From positions 50,160,001 to 50,224,000 of the forward strand of contig NC_087447.1 of assembly GCF_036321535.1 (NCBI RefSeq): 64,000 nucleotides of DNA, written 5' to 3'. Position 1 is the stretch's first letter. The number at the start of each line of letters is the position of its first letter. This document shows positions 1-13,199 of this stretch, in pieces. The position numbers were made by a program, and so were the translations under genes. Below the pieces are notes generated by a model. The model had not been told where the DNA came from and ran no database searches. It worked only from the letters and a program-made list of their open reading frames with translations. Origin of the DNA: Camelus dromedarius. Its lineage: Eukaryota.

Positions 1-3000
1 AGAACACACCTTCGGTCCTGAACACCTGAGTATGATCCCGACCTGGGCAGGTACTCACTGTATGGCCTCAGCAAGAGGGGTCAGAGTCTCTGGGCTTCAG
101 TTTTTCTCAGCTACAAAACTGGGGAGGTAAAAAGCCCAATTTCCCCCTCCCCCTCCCCAGGGCTGTTGTGCAGATAAAAGTGGGGATAAAACTCATGACA
201 CCCCACAAGTCCTGACAGGGGCCTCACAGAATCAGAAGCGACCGGTCACTGGTCTTCCCTGGTGGACCTGTGTAGCTGGCTGCCAGCTCCTGAGGTCAAG
301 AGGCTGTTCTGTGCAGGCCGGGCTGGGCGGATCTCTGCTGATGGGACAGTTAGTAGATAGTCTTGGCCTTCCCAGACCAGGAGTCACAGTGAACTTTACT
401 TCCAGGGCTGGCTGAGCGCCCTCACTGGGCCTTTGCCTGCCTAGGACGGTTGGCTGGGTAAAGGCCCACCACTCATTAAGCTGAGCCCCAGCTCTGGGCC
501 AGCCCTGATGGCCAATGACGATGGGGACACCAAGAAGAGCCAGACCGTCCTAGGGCCTGGGACCCCCCCCAGTCTGCAGAGAAGGCAAATATGTCATTGG
601 GTCATTTGCCCCTCCCCATATTTTTGGCGTGTCCATGTCACGCCCCAGCAACCTCCATGTTACCTGTAGCTAATGGCCACACTTCAGTCCCCGCCATCCA
701 TGGCCTCTCGGCTGCCTTTGGGCCCATGACCTTCCTCCTCCTCAGCCCTGTGACAGAGCCGCACTTTCCCAGGGGCGGGAGTGCCTCCCTCAGAGGTGGG
801 CTCCGGGCTCTGGCCCCGGCACTCCTCTGCTGCATGACGCCACCTCGGGGAGGAGGAAATTGCCCCACTTCCCTGTCCTCCCCCAGCCCCAGTACACTCC
901 CTGGCCCCACGGCCTGCAAAATAGCAAACAGCTGCTGTGACCATGGGCTGCCCAGACCCCGGGGGCCTGGGGGAAAGCGGGCCAAGGGGAACTTGGAGAG
1001 AGAGCTCTTAATAACATACCTTCCCCAAGCTGCTTCCAAAGAAACTTCTCCTCACAAATCATTCCATAAACACTTAGCAGGCTCTCAGGAAAGCGTGCAC
1101 GGCTCTCACCCGGCTATTAGGAGGCTCCTCACAAGTAAATTGAGACCAGGCAGCAGGGGCCTGTGCCAAATCCCCCTTCCTGCCCTCTTCCCAAATGGCG
1201 TCCCCCACCCTGGGCCCTTCAACTCCAAGGGCTGGGGTCCCCTCCCTTGCTGCTCTGGCCTTTCTTTAGGCTCCGGCCCCGTCTCCCTGCTAGGTAGAGG
1301 ATGCCCTGTTTCCCTGGAAACCAGCCCCCTACAGCCTTAGCTGCTGGGTTTCCAAGGAGCCCTCCTGGGCTGCTGTGTAGGGCCCAGACTAACATGTCTG
1401 AGGGCCACACCGCAGGCTAGGCCGGCGCATTCCCCGCTCTGTCCCAGCCATCCTCAGCCGAGGCTGCTGGTGCCTCTCAGGCTGGGGCTGCTCAATAGGG
1501 AAATAACTCTGGGTTCATCCAAGTCACGAGCTGGAAAATCCCTCCCATCCAACAACTCCCCTCCAGGGAAAGCATTGTGCAACTCCCTCAGCTGGCCAGT
1601 GGCCAGCCCTCGGCCGATATCCAGCACAGATCGGGAGTTACTTGATTGTTCGTAAGTTGACACATTTGCTTACAGGTTAGCAGCTCGCTTGTGTAATGAC
1701 TGCTGTCAGAGTCTTTGAGAACCAGAGCAAGGCCCGCCACCCCAACATCGTCCTCCATCATAATTGGTTCTGGAAAATGCTTCACAAATGACTGCCCCTT
1801 TTTTTAGGTTTGCCCAATATCATTTTAGAGAACAGAAGACTCAACTGCAAATAGAAATCATCAGTGAAATAAATAAAACATTCAGATGAAAATAAGCATG
1901 CAGATTTTTGGGCACTGAAATGAGCATTAGATAGACTTTGAGAGGCTTCGGTCATGGATCTTGGGTCAAGCTCAGCCTCTGACTTACTGGAGGGCTGATC
2001 TGGAGAAAACCTCTGTAAACCTAAGTTTCTTCAACTCTCAAATGGGAATAAATTCTACCTACCATAGAAAGCAGCTGGGAGAAGCTCACCTCACTCCACC
2101 ATCCCTTTGCGCATGGTTGGTGGTGCCTCTCAGGGAACTCAGAGGCTGGGGGCCTTGCCCATGACCCCGGGTACTGCGGTCTGTCCACGCTGAGAGTTCA
2201 GTCATGGGTCACTCACTCAGTGCTTCTTTCAGCAAATATTTAGGGGGGGCTTTAATACACCAGGCACTAAGCAAGACGCTGACTGAGACAGATACAGGCC
2301 CACCCTGTGAGGAGCGGTAACAGGAGAGCAAGCACAGAAGGATCAGTAATGAATCACACTGGTGGTAAGAGTCACTATGTCCCTTTGTCAAAGGACTGAG
2401 TATTTCCTTCTGTAGAGTAAGAATCAGACTCAAACCCAAAGCTGTAGGGAAACAGAAATTCAGGCACAAAAGGTAGCAGGGAGAGGAATCAGGCTGCTGA
2501 GCTATTGTCTGCATGGTGAGGAAGGATGGAAGGAGAGGTGGGTCCGGACCAGTCAAGACAATGTGAGTGATGCTGCTGAGGATAATGATAATAATAGCTC
2601 CCGCCCTCAGGCACCTACTCAGTGGCAAGCTTTGTGCTTTACTCCATCATTGCGAATCCTCATTCCACTCTGTAACTTACAGACGGGACACCAACGTTCA
2701 GAAAAGTAAAGTGAGTTGCCCAATGTCACATATTTTGGAAGCAGAAGGGCCAAAATGCAAGCCCAGGGCTGTCGACTTCAAGATAAGATGACAGCAGACC
2801 CCTTCGCAGAGCTGAAACAGAAGGGTCACCTCTGGAACCTAAGGGAAGTAGCATCACTCCACAGTGCGTGATCTGTGGCACTCAGGGCAGACCTTGATGC
2901 CTCTTCCAAAGCTCTTCTTCTCAGATGTCAGGGGCCTAATTTCCACCCATGACGCCTTGCCCCAACCTGTATGCCTGTCCTTAGTGGGCCCTAGACCGCC

Positions 3001-3399
3001 CGGCACGCTCCATCCACCTCCAGGCTTATGCTCACGTATTTTCTTCCCTAAAATGTCCCTCCCACCTTCTTCTACTGGAATCCTACCCATTCTCAAGGCC
3101 AAGCTCAAATTCCACTTCATACCAGAACTTTTTCTGACTCCTCACTTTCTGGGAAGGTGACACAAGAAGGGAAAAAAGCATAAGTTTTTCTCTTAGGAAA
3201 TCTGGCCCTGGCATGTAACTGATGTGCAAATGTGAACAAATCAAATCAAATCAGGCTCAGTTTTCTTATCAATAAAGTAGATCTCACAATCCTTGCTTTA
3301 TAAGCTTAGTGTGGTTATTACATGGAGTCATGGATATAAAAGTTCTTTGTAAATGGGAGAGTATTATCATAAGGATATTATTTATAACCATGGTCCCAT

Positions 3400-3920
3400 T
3401 GCAATATAAAAGGACCCATTGCCCAAAAATTGGCTTAAGCAAAAAAAAAAAAGAAAAAAAAAAGTGTTGACTTACATAACTGAAAAATCCAAGGATATGA
3501 GAATTTCAGTCATGGCTTCATTCAAGGTCTCAAATTCTGTCCCCAGGATCTGTCTGCCCCATCTCTAGATTCTCCTGTTTTCCATGTTGGCTTCATTCCT
3601 AGACTCCACATTGTGGAAAGATAACCGTGAAGTTATCCTCCAGGTTCACATCCAGCTGGGTAATAAAAAAAAAAAAGAGTACCCCTCCGTCAGCAGTCCC
3701 AGCAAGTATTCGAAGATCTCACCTTACTGGTTCTGGTGCTACACGTCCCTCCCTGAGCAAGCCCCTGTGGTCGGGATCCCCTGGTGCTCTGACTGAGCAG
3801 GCCTGTGTCTCTGGAGGTGGGGGTGGAAAACAGTGGGTCAGAGGAACGATTGCCCTAAAGCAAAATCAGAGTGTTGTTACCAGAATAAAAGGGAAGAGAA
3901 TGTTGCTGGCAAGAAGAATA
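3400..3920 (-). mobile_element. ERVL-MaLR solo LTR, MLT1K/MLT1J-like
   Basis: ttggcttaagcaaaa...ttacataactgaaaaatcca...tgttggcttcattc...aaaatcagagtgttgttaccagaa resembles the reverse complement of old MLT1 LTR consensus (recall). Confidence 0.7.
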
Positions 3921-4327
3921 ACTGCCTCTCGCAGTGCACCCCTTTGATGGACTAACATCCACACATACCCTTGTTCACATAAAAAATAATACCTTCCTAC
4001 CCCAACCCCCAACACAAACGGGAGACAAATCAAAGACTCATGCGATTACTGAGTTCAGAATCTCTGGGTGACTTACATTCTTTTCCTGCGGAGTTAGATG
4101 TGTTCTTAAGGTCCTGTAATCTGTGGCTTGAATAATAACCACCATAACAGGCCATTACTCCACAATGACTGAGGCAGACGAGAGTCACTGCAATCACAAC
4201 TCCTATTTGAAAGAGGAAAGAAGGGAAACGGCACCTGGGGCCACCAGTCCGCAGCATCAGTCGGTTCCTGATGAGCAAGAATCACCAAGCCTCCCTGTCT
4301 GGTTGGAGCAGCCAGTTGCTTGGATGG

Positions 4328-4826
4328 AGCAGTCGGCAGAATGATGGTCCTCCAAGGGGGTCTGCATCCTAACCCTCAGATCCTGCGACTATGTTCTATT
4401 TCATGACAAAGGGGAATTAAGATTGTGGATGGAATTAGGGTCGTTAATCAGCTGACCTTAAAATAGGGAGGTTTTCCTGGATTACCTGGATGAGCCCACT
4501 GCAATCACAAAGGTCCCTGAAAGTAGAAGAGGGAGGCAGAAGAGTCAATGTCAGAGCAGTGGGATGTGAGGAAGACTCAGCCAGCCATTGCTGGCTTTGA
4601 AGAGAGAAGGCGCCATGAGCCAAAGAACGCGGGCAGCTTCTAGAAGCTGGAGAACGAATTCTCCCCGGAGCCTCCAGGAAGGAATGCGGCTCTGCGGACA
4701 CCTTGCTTTTAGCCCAGTGAGACCCATTTGGGATGGCTGGCCTACAACATTGTAAAATAAAAGTATGTTTTCCTAAGCCACTAAATATGTGGTGTTTTGT
4801 TATCGCAGCCATAGAAAATGAATACA
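4328..4826 (+). mobile_element. MLT1D solo LTR (ERVL-MaLR), essentially full length
   Basis: ggcagaatgatggtcc start; gttaatcagctgaccttaaaatagggag; ttctagaagctggag; ttttagcccagtgagaccc; ends gcagccatagaaaatgaataca. Confidence 0.88.
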
Positions 4827-6031
4827 GACAGCAAAACAACAAATCCCACTGCTGCAATATTCCTTTTGATCCTATTTTTATGCCGCTGGCTGGGCATTAA
4901 CAGGTACTGACACTTTTGCTCCTCTAGCCATCTTCAGAGATTGGTGTGGTCATCCTTACATCAAAGTTGGGGAAACTGAGACTTCCAGTAACTGCCCACA
5001 TGTCCAGAATCAGCCAGCTAATAGAAGAGGAAGCCGAAATTCAAACTCCCGTCTGTCTGGCCTCGAGCCACACTGAGTCCCCATAAAACTTCTCTCCCTG
5101 AACCCTCCAGATGGGGGCTTATGCCTTGGAAAGCCATCTTGCTGCCCGAGGCCTCCCTGCTCCTCTGGCTTCACTCCCTGCGTGGTCCTGATTGTATGGG
5201 ACAGCCCAGCGGATGGCTGCTAGAATGGAGGACTCTGGGCCAGCCAGTGGGCAATAAATCCAGGACGGTGTTGCCTGAAGAGCGGGACAGAGGCTGAGCG
5301 TTCCCATTCCTGGGGGAGCAGGTTCTTTATATCAAAACGTAGATTTCTGCTCTCCTCTCCTATTTCCAGCCTCCAAGCTCCCCTCAGCTGAACGAAAAAG
5401 GAACTGGAATGCGCCTCTTTGTATCAAATGGGGGAAATGTGGAGCTTTGTCTTCCAGGATTTATTCTTCTCTCTGTTGTCACCTCCACTCTGTTCTGATA
5501 CAGGAACATCCCAGGAGTGGCTGAGGTGAGGAAGGGCAATTCTGGCTCCTCTAATTTCTCCCTGACAAATGTGAAATGGGTCGGGGGCCACAGGGGAGGT
5601 AAACAGATTCCTAGAAGAGGCTTGTGTGCAGTTCAGGGCTGAAAGTTTAGCAGAGATAGAGCTCCGTAGATGCACCCCCAGGAGCTGGCCCAGCTGACTG
5701 CTGGCCCAAACCAGCTGCATCCCTGACCCCAACCCACACAACCCACACAGAGGCCCAGGCCCACATCCCTCTGACTGAGTGGGAATACCCAAGGGGCCCA
5801 ACTTCAGACCATAGAACTTAAATAGAGTCCAAAGAATTGGATGAGACCCAGGGAACTTCTAATTTGACTTCTTTATTGGCCCAGAGAAGGGAGTTGATTT
5901 TCCTAAAGTCACACAGCAAAGCCAAGGCTACTGCCTCATCAAATCTCAGTTTCCTCAGGACTAAAATGCAGGCTTGTGGTGAAACTCAAATGAGGAAGAA
6001 ATTGCAAAGTGTCTGAATGTGAGAGGGAAAT

Positions 6032-6420
6032 ATTAACAACCTACCATGAACTGAGCACACAGTATGTACCAGGTGCTGTGCTAAATGCCTGATGAGCCTC
6101 ATCTTGTTCTGTTTTTGTAACACTCTATGGAGCTACTGTTTCCCCATTATCAGATGAAGAAACTGAGACTCAACAAGGGAACTTTCTAGGAGGATAAAAA
6201 TCTATATCTTAATTCAGGCAGTGATTACATAGGAATGTACATCTAAAGTAGCTGAGATGTACACTTAAGATTGGTGTACTTTATTCTGTCAATTACTCTT
6301 CCATTTAAAAAATGCTGTGATGGGAAAAGAATAAACTGAGGCTCAGAGAGGTTAAGTGACTTTCTCAAGGTCATTCAGCTGGCGAGTGGCAAAGCTGGGC
6401 CTTGAACTGGATCTGTCTGA
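6032..6420 (-). mobile_element. MIR SINE split by an L1 fragment
   Basis: tatgtaccaggtgctgtgctaaatg...cccattatcagatgaagaaactgag, resuming as aaactgaggctcagagaggttaagtgactttctcaaggtca (reverse-complement MIR core). Confidence 0.85.
6173..6332 (+). mobile_element. 5'-truncated L1M (L1MC/MD/ME-type) 3' end inserted in MIR
   Basis: agggaactttctagg...tctatatctt...gtgattaca...tgtacacttaagat; flanked by aaactgag(a/g)ctca direct repeats at 6160-6172 and 6333-6345. Confidence 0.8.
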
Positions 6421-8934
6421 CCAAGAGGTCACAGTCACTATCCTTGCCATATTGTTATGTCACATGTCCACATCACAGTGACTCTTCCTAAACCTCAAGT
6501 CTACATCCTTGTTCCAATTTGCTGAATCCAGACTCAGGCGAGTGACTGGGAGGCCTGGGAGGCTCTGGAGAGAGGTCTGAGTCTGGACAAAGGGCAAGGA
6601 TAGGGCTGCTGCTGCCCCAGGGGTTGCTTCAGTTTAAATTAGAACAACCTGCTCTTTTCCCCTGGCAGTGTAGCCACACATCAAGGTGCAGGAGCATGGT
6701 ATGGACTGCAGCCCCCAGCCCATCAGTTATTTCTTTGTGCAGTGCACAACCTGAACAACTGTACACAGCCCTGGTGGTGTGCTTCACTGGGCTAGGGGGG
6801 AATGCCTTCCCACTGCACTCTCCCACCTAGGCATTTCTGATGTTCCCTCAATCAGTCTGGGGCTTGAGGGACTTCTTTTTTGGGTTCAGGCCTTAACAAC
6901 AAGCTACAGGACACACATGGGAAGGGGAAAGGAATCAGTCACTCAGCAAATGCTTAAAAGGGTCCGCTCTGTGGCAAGCCTTGTTCTGGGCTCTGGGGAC
7001 AGAAATGATCAGACCTAATCCCTGCCTCAAAGCAGTCCTGGGCAAGTGCAGGAGATGTAGAAAGAGATAAATGACTCAAAGCACATATATATGAAACGTG
7101 CCCCTTCCTCAAAGCAGAAAATTATAATAATAAATATACAAATCTCAGATGACAGAAATGCAAATGGTGACCCCCAGAGTGGTACAGAGCCAGCCTACAT
7201 AGACTGTAGAGGTCTTAGTCCAAAATCTGACCCGAAGTCTGACTCCAAAGCTGTGTGTGCCCGACAGCGTGGCCCCGGCTTCACTCCCTGCAGCTCACAC
7301 CCTTTCCTGCTCTTGCTTCTCCCTGACCTAGGCTGGTAGCTTCCTGTCCAGGCCCCTGTACCTTCACTGCGCAGACAGAGGCTAGATGAGGGATCCCCAA
7401 GGCCCCCGCCTGCCTGGGATGGTCTGGGTTCTCTGCATGGGAGAATGTGCAGACTGGCTCTCGATCCAGGGCAATGGTCCTTGAAGCGCCCGAGAACATA
7501 CCTCTTCAATGTGACGTGACCACAGGGGTCACTTGGAAAGGGCGGGAGAAATGGGTCATGGGAGAGAGCACGAGCATAACGGAAGCCCCTCCCATCTGCA
7601 CTGAACCTGCAAAAGAATGGGTGAGCCAAGAGAGGCTCAGAGAGCTCAAGTAACTTGCCCAAGGTCACACAGCCATACTGCAGTCCAGCTGAGCTAGGAA
7701 CGCCAGCCTGTCTCTCTGTCCCAGGCTTCCTTCACCACCCCTGGCTCCTCTCTGGCTCACACGGGTGGGCTCAGGGAGGCAGGGGGATGAGCCCTGGGCC
7801 TGGGCCCGGGCCCCACCAAGCGCACTGAGGCGTTGGAGCTGGCGATGATGACGGAGCTGCCGTCTGCTGGGAGGAGGTCACGGCCTGTAGATGCCATGGT
7901 CTATTGGCTTTGTGAGCAGGATGAACTGGGAAGGCCTACCTGGGGCTAGCCAGGCCTGGGCCAGCGGCTCTTACCCCGGGTGGCTGAGGGGCTCTCGGCA
8001 GAGCCAGGGGAGACAGCAGCACTTCCCAGGCCCTCATGCTTCCCCACTCCTGTTGGGGGTGGGGATGGTGGCAAATAAACCCCCAGCAAATAATCAAAGC
8101 CTCCTCTGCTGGAGCAGCTGGATGGGTGGTGGGCTGGGCAGGGGGTTGGGGGAGGGGGACTGGAGAGAACCAGAGGGGCCTCAGGCCCATGGCAGTATTC
8201 CCCAGCCCTCTTGGAGGGCCAGCAGACAAACTCAGAGTGGGTTCCAACTAGCAAGAACATTGTAGCTAAGCCTGGGGGCTCGCTAACCACTGTCCTGGGT
8301 TTAAATCCCAGCCACCCCTGTGTGATGTTGGGTAAGCCACTCCACTTCTCTGTGTCTCAGCTGATACACAATATCTTGAGAGCTGATACCAGTGTTTACT
8401 TCATAAACTTATTATGGCAGTTAACCCTCACGACGGGTAAGTCAGGGCCAAGGCTGCTACTTCCCTTTCAAAAACAAAAGTATGGGCAAAGTCTTCCTCT
8501 CTGGGTATGGATTGACAAGGATTGCAGTGTGTTTTGGGGCCAGAGAAATGTAGGTGCCCAGCCTACTTCTTCCACTTAATGCTGTGTGACTTTGGATAAG
8601 ACACTCAACCTCTCTGTGTATCTATTTCCTTGTCTGTAAAATGAGAATAACATTCTTTCCCTCACAGGGAAATGACACATTGGAGGGCTCTCAAACCAGA
8701 GGTGGTGCTCAGAAGACAATGGTTCCTTTCCTCCCTCTTGGTGATTCAGTCCAACCACCTTAATATCTCCTAAAATGAGCTAGGCCTAGGTGTGGGCTGG
8801 ACACCCCTATAGACCAGCCTCAGTTTCTGCTTTCCATGAGCTCAGAGGAGTGTCCATGGAGAAGCCAACACTGTGGCCAAAATACTGGGATAAGTGAAGG
8901 CTTCATGCTGGAGGTGGAAGTGACTGGATGTTTA

Positions 8935-9036
8935 TTTGTAATAGTTGAAGCTGGGTAGCCAGTACATAGACGTTCATTATACCATTCTATCTTAGTGTGT
9001 ACGTGTTTTAAATTTTCCACAATTAAAGTTTTTAAA
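8935..9036 (+). mobile_element. L1M 3' end fragment
   Basis: atagttgaagctgggt...gttcattataccattct...aattttccacaattaaagtttttaaa is typical of the L1MC/ME 3'UTR end. Confidence 0.6.
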
Positions 9037-9147
9037 GCTTTTTCATGAATCACCTAAAATTATCTCAAGTACCACTAGCTATACATAGTAGCCTTCAAGA
9101 AAAACTAGACAATCTCTTCCCCAGTTCACTGCTATTATGCTTGAATC

Positions 9148-9374
9148 CAGGGGTTATCAATCCAGGGCCCATGAACCAAATCCAAGCTTGCTGTCTGTTT
9201 TTGTCAATAAAGTTTTGTAGGAACCCGGCCAGCCCATTCATTTATGTATTGCCTGTGGCTGCATTTGCCCTACAGGCAGAATTGAGTAGTTGCAACAGAG
9301 ACCCTCCAGGACCTGGACTGCAAACCCTAAAATGTTTATCATCTGCCCTTTAGAGAAAAGTGTGACAGACTCTG
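9148..9374. mobile_element. MER58A (hAT-Charlie MITE), full length
   Basis: cagggg...ctg termini; ctgtttttgtcaataaagtttt; ggcagaattgagtagttgcaacagagacc; flanks cttgaatc/ttctaatc are a degenerate 8-bp TSD. Confidence 0.88.
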
Positions 9375-9449
9375 TTCTAATCTCCTACCCATCCTCTGTT
9401 GTTCACGGACAACTCTGCCGTCAGGATTGTAATTGTGCTCCCCAGGCCT

Positions 9450-10080
9450 GGGGGGATCCTGGGTGATTTCCGGGACCAGATTAGTGGGGTTCCATCACCT
9501 GCCCCTCAGCCCCTCCCGATGTCACTTCCACTCCCTTCCTCTGCCCCCTCTAGCCTTCACTCCCACGGTCTCACCTCTGACCTTGCCACCACTTGTGATG
9601 ACTCCGCCTTCAAATCACTGATTAAAGCTCCAACTCTCTGCCTGCTAACACCATCTTCCCATTTGTCTGTGTGATTAGTCCTCTAGACAACAGTTCTCTG
9701 ACCTTACCGGCTCTTTTCGCAAGTTGACCTCTCTGCTCTCTCTCAGTCCATAAGCTTTCTTCTTTCTTTGCTTCCCTTCTTATCCACAGTCCATCATTTC
9801 AATAACACTCTTGCTAATACCCCAATCCTGTTGCCTTTTCTTTTTGCACCAAATCTAGAAAGAATTCAACAGTGGATGAACCCAACACTATCCCCTTTTT
9901 AATGCCTAGACCCAAGCAACCAAGCACTGTTGAAGAAAGAAACCACACAGCAGTAGAAATTGTTTTCATACCACACTCCAAACAGACAGTCAACAATGAC
10001 TCAAACTCCAAATGCATTGACCTAGTTAACTCATTTCCCCTCTAGCCACAGCGCGCCTATTTCAAGCCTTATCCAGTCTC
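9450..10080 (+). mobile_element. LINE-2 internal ORF2 (endonuclease/linker) relic
   Basis: Translates to ILGDF (9456-9470), HSHGLTSDL (9558-9584, cf. HxxGHTLDL) and WMNPT (9873-9887); C/T-rich L2-like texture. Confidence 0.7.
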
Positions 10081-10099
10081 TGGTGATGAGATTTTAACA

Positions 10100-10320
10100 G
10101 GCTGAGATGGGGTAGAGAGGGCATTGCAAGTGAAGGGAGCAGCAAGGGCAAGGACCAGGAGGACCCCTGCTGAGAAGGAGCTGGGTGTGTCCAGAGGGCA
10201 GTGGGAGTGACATTGGAGAGAGAGGCCAGGCCCAGGAGATAGCTACAGCCTGTAGATTTAGACGAATGCTGTGGGCACTGGGGAGCCACAGAAGGCTCCA
10301 GAGCAGGCAGTGGTCAGATG
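10100..10320 (-). mobile_element. L2 fragment
   Basis: ggcattgcaagtgaagggagcagcaagggcaagg...tgtgggcactggggagccacagaagg resembles reverse-complement L2. Confidence 0.6.
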
Positions 10321-12121
10321 GGAGATGGGCTTCAGCAGGGGCAGGGGTGTGGAATCAGAGAAGAGGTGTGGGGAAGGGGAGCTTATCCATCCCCCGCTCT
10401 GCATCCATCTGACAGGTTGCAACTTTCCTCTAAGGAGAGATTAAGCCTCCAGGCACCCCGGTGCAGAGCTGCTGCTCAGCCCCAGTGAGGCCCAGCCCGT
10501 CTAGCAGCACAGAGCTTCCACGGCCCCCAGCCAGGGAGCACCAGCAGCAATGTCCTCTGGAGGGACAGCCTGGCCCAGTGGCTGGATGCCCGAGGACAGA
10601 CCACCAAACCTAGGAGTGTTGTAAAGCAGGGATGATGACATTTTCGTGGACCGGCTTTTCTATGGGGTGGAGGAGGACTAGCATTTCCAGAGCATCTACT
10701 GTGTACTAGGCCCCATCTCATCCAATTCCCTCCCCATAGCAGTTGAAGGTAAGCGTGAGCACGCCCACGTTATGGATCAGGGAAATTGAGGCTCAGCAGG
10801 ACAGAGGACCTACGTCAGATCCCACAGTCAATGCTGGTGCCAGACCTGGAGGCCACATGTTAGACTCCCTGCCTGGTGCTTTCCTTATGACCAGATGCCC
10901 CTTGGGACTCACCAACCGTGAAGATTCAACACCCCGAGGCAGGAATTCACATCCGTTCCCTTGCATCGCTTCCGTGGAGGGAACTCAGCCTCCCGGAGCA
11001 GCCCCTTCCCACTGCAGGCTGGCTCCATCCAGGAGAAAGTCATTTCTCATGTAAAGCTGTGATATGACATTCTGGTGGGTCCTGGTTCATCCAGAGAGGG
11101 CTGGCAATGGTGGCCTTCCAGCCTCTCACCCTCACCTCAAAGCCTGCCCTTCTCCAGGTGAGCACCCCTGCCATCTCAGCCAGACTTCACAGGATGCACT
11201 GGAAGACCTAGCCAACTTTTTGTCTCCTCTGGACAAGCTTTGTCCTTGGAGCCCAGAAGGGGCAGTTCTCTAACGCAGGACATCACCTTCATGGTCCTGG
11301 CCTCTATGCCTCTCTGTGATGCAGCCAGAGATGATAATGAACACTTGCAGCCTCACACTGTTGGCTCACGGCCACCTTCCCCTCTGCCCCCACTCTGGGT
11401 GGCCTGCAGGTGCACTGAGCCACAGGCGGCAAATATTTGCTGACCCAGGGAATGCATTGTCACTGAAGCCACTCAGCAGGTGTCTGTGTGCGCAGGAGGT
11501 GAAACAAGGGGCAGTGGCGGGGGAAGGAATCGCCCAAAGCCTCACACATGTGGGGAAGCCCAGACAGTGGGTGACCCAGGCTCAACCCCAGTCAAGTTCA
11601 AAGGCTGAGGGAGAAGACTGGGGCCAGATGGAACCCTTAAACAACAGGGCACAAGTGAAGATGTCATCAAAGGCTGGGATGACAGCTCCGCAGCTGTGTC
11701 TGAGCAGGAAAGACCTAGGCATGGGAAGACAGCTCAAGGGCAGGGCGAGGGAAGGGCACCAGCAGCTCCTCAGACAGCCATACATCCAGAGACCCCAGGG
11801 GGGCTGAGTATGAGGGGCTGGAGGGAGTAGGGCATATCAGGGTCCACCTGGGGAAAAGGGTGTGGCTGTGCAGGGTGCTGGACAGAGGGTCCCGTAGAAT
11901 CTCTGTTCCACCCCCCACATCCGTGAAGCCTCAGCCAGGACACTCCCCAACTCCAAGGTTCCCCTTCCCCACAAGGTCATTGGACCAGAGGTGCTGATGG
12001 ACGTGCAGGAGTGTTGAGTAGAGAGGAACCCACCCCTTCTCTGAATCACGCCCAGCCTTCAGCTCCATGGCTGCACTTGAAGCTGGCCTATTTGCCACTT
12101 GTTTAAAAATCTTTCTAATAT

Positions 12122-12330
12122 TAGTTGCTACATCTTATTAAGCATCTACTGAGTGCCAGCCACTTGCTGAGTGCTTTACAAGCCCTCGTACTGAATCCTC
12201 AAGGCAAGGTCGTGAGGTGGGTGCTGCACTATCCTCCCTTCAGAGACAAGGATGCCGAGGCTGGCAGCTGGCAGGAACTTCCAAGGGCAGAGCCAGCAGA
12301 TGACTGGAGACTTGGGGGCCTACGGGCCAG
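12122..12330 (-). mobile_element. MIR SINE
   Basis: tattaagcatctactgagtgccagccacttgctgagtgctttaca...gaatcctca. Confidence 0.7.
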
Positions 12331-13199
12331 GCTGCAGGACCCTCTCCATCCTGTTGCAGTTCCCTCCCTTCAGCTTGCCACTTGGGCCACTCATCCAGCC
12401 CAGAACCACCTATTGCCTTCTGTCATCCTTAGAACAGTTCACATGAGGGGTCCTGGGTTTCCCACTGATCCTGTGGGTGGAGACTGTCTACTCTGTCCTG
12501 GTCTCCCCGTCTCCATGGGGAAGGACTCTGTGGCCTTGCGCCCCTGTGGAGAGATGAGGGGCTGGGTGTGGGAGGGGGAGACTCCTGCCATGGCTGGGGA
12601 GGGGTCCCCAGAGCAGCCAAAAGCCCAAGACTCAGAGGGGAACTCACATAGCTTGCCCAGTCCGGAGGGCCTGGATAGGAAGCTGCCAACTGCCCCCAGG
12701 GGTTCTGCCCATGCCCTGAGGGAGGAGAGGCAGGGAGAAGGGACAGCCGCATCTTCAGCCGTGGGGCTGAGGCCCGTGCATTGGAACCTCCCCTGCTCAG
12801 TCTGGTTTGGGCACAGAGGAAAGGATGCACGGCTAGGGCCTCGGACCTTGGGATCTGTGAAGTGGCCTTGACAAGCTGTCCCTTCTCAGAGCCTCAGTTT
12901 CCCCCCACTGACCCTTTGATTGGCAGAAGTGTCCAGAGAGACGACGTGTGTGAACGCCCTTGGTCGGGGTCCCTCTCTGTTTTCTTACCATCATCGTTGT
13001 TGATATGCAACCTCAAGGCACCCGTGTGGCTATCCCAGCAGGGCTCCAGGTTGGGGGCAGAGGTGTGTTCTGCTCAGATAAGGGGCCCTCTGGCTCCCTG
13101 ACAGGATGGTAGGGGCACCACTGTGTGATTACAGGGGCTACCACAACAGTCAGGTGAGCTGGGAAAATAATACCACGACCTGCTCCGTCCTGCTGCCGG

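Noticed and set aside
616..627. CArG-like ccatatttttgg
   Set aside because: Eight A/T bases between CC and GG rather than the canonical six
591..1340. 249-aa ORF
   Set aside because: P/S/G/L-rich low-information translation with no domain, overlapped by equally long antisense ORFs; typical GC-rich noise
12125..12871. 248-aa ORF
   Set aside because: Begins in an antisense MIR and ends in another MIR; no domain
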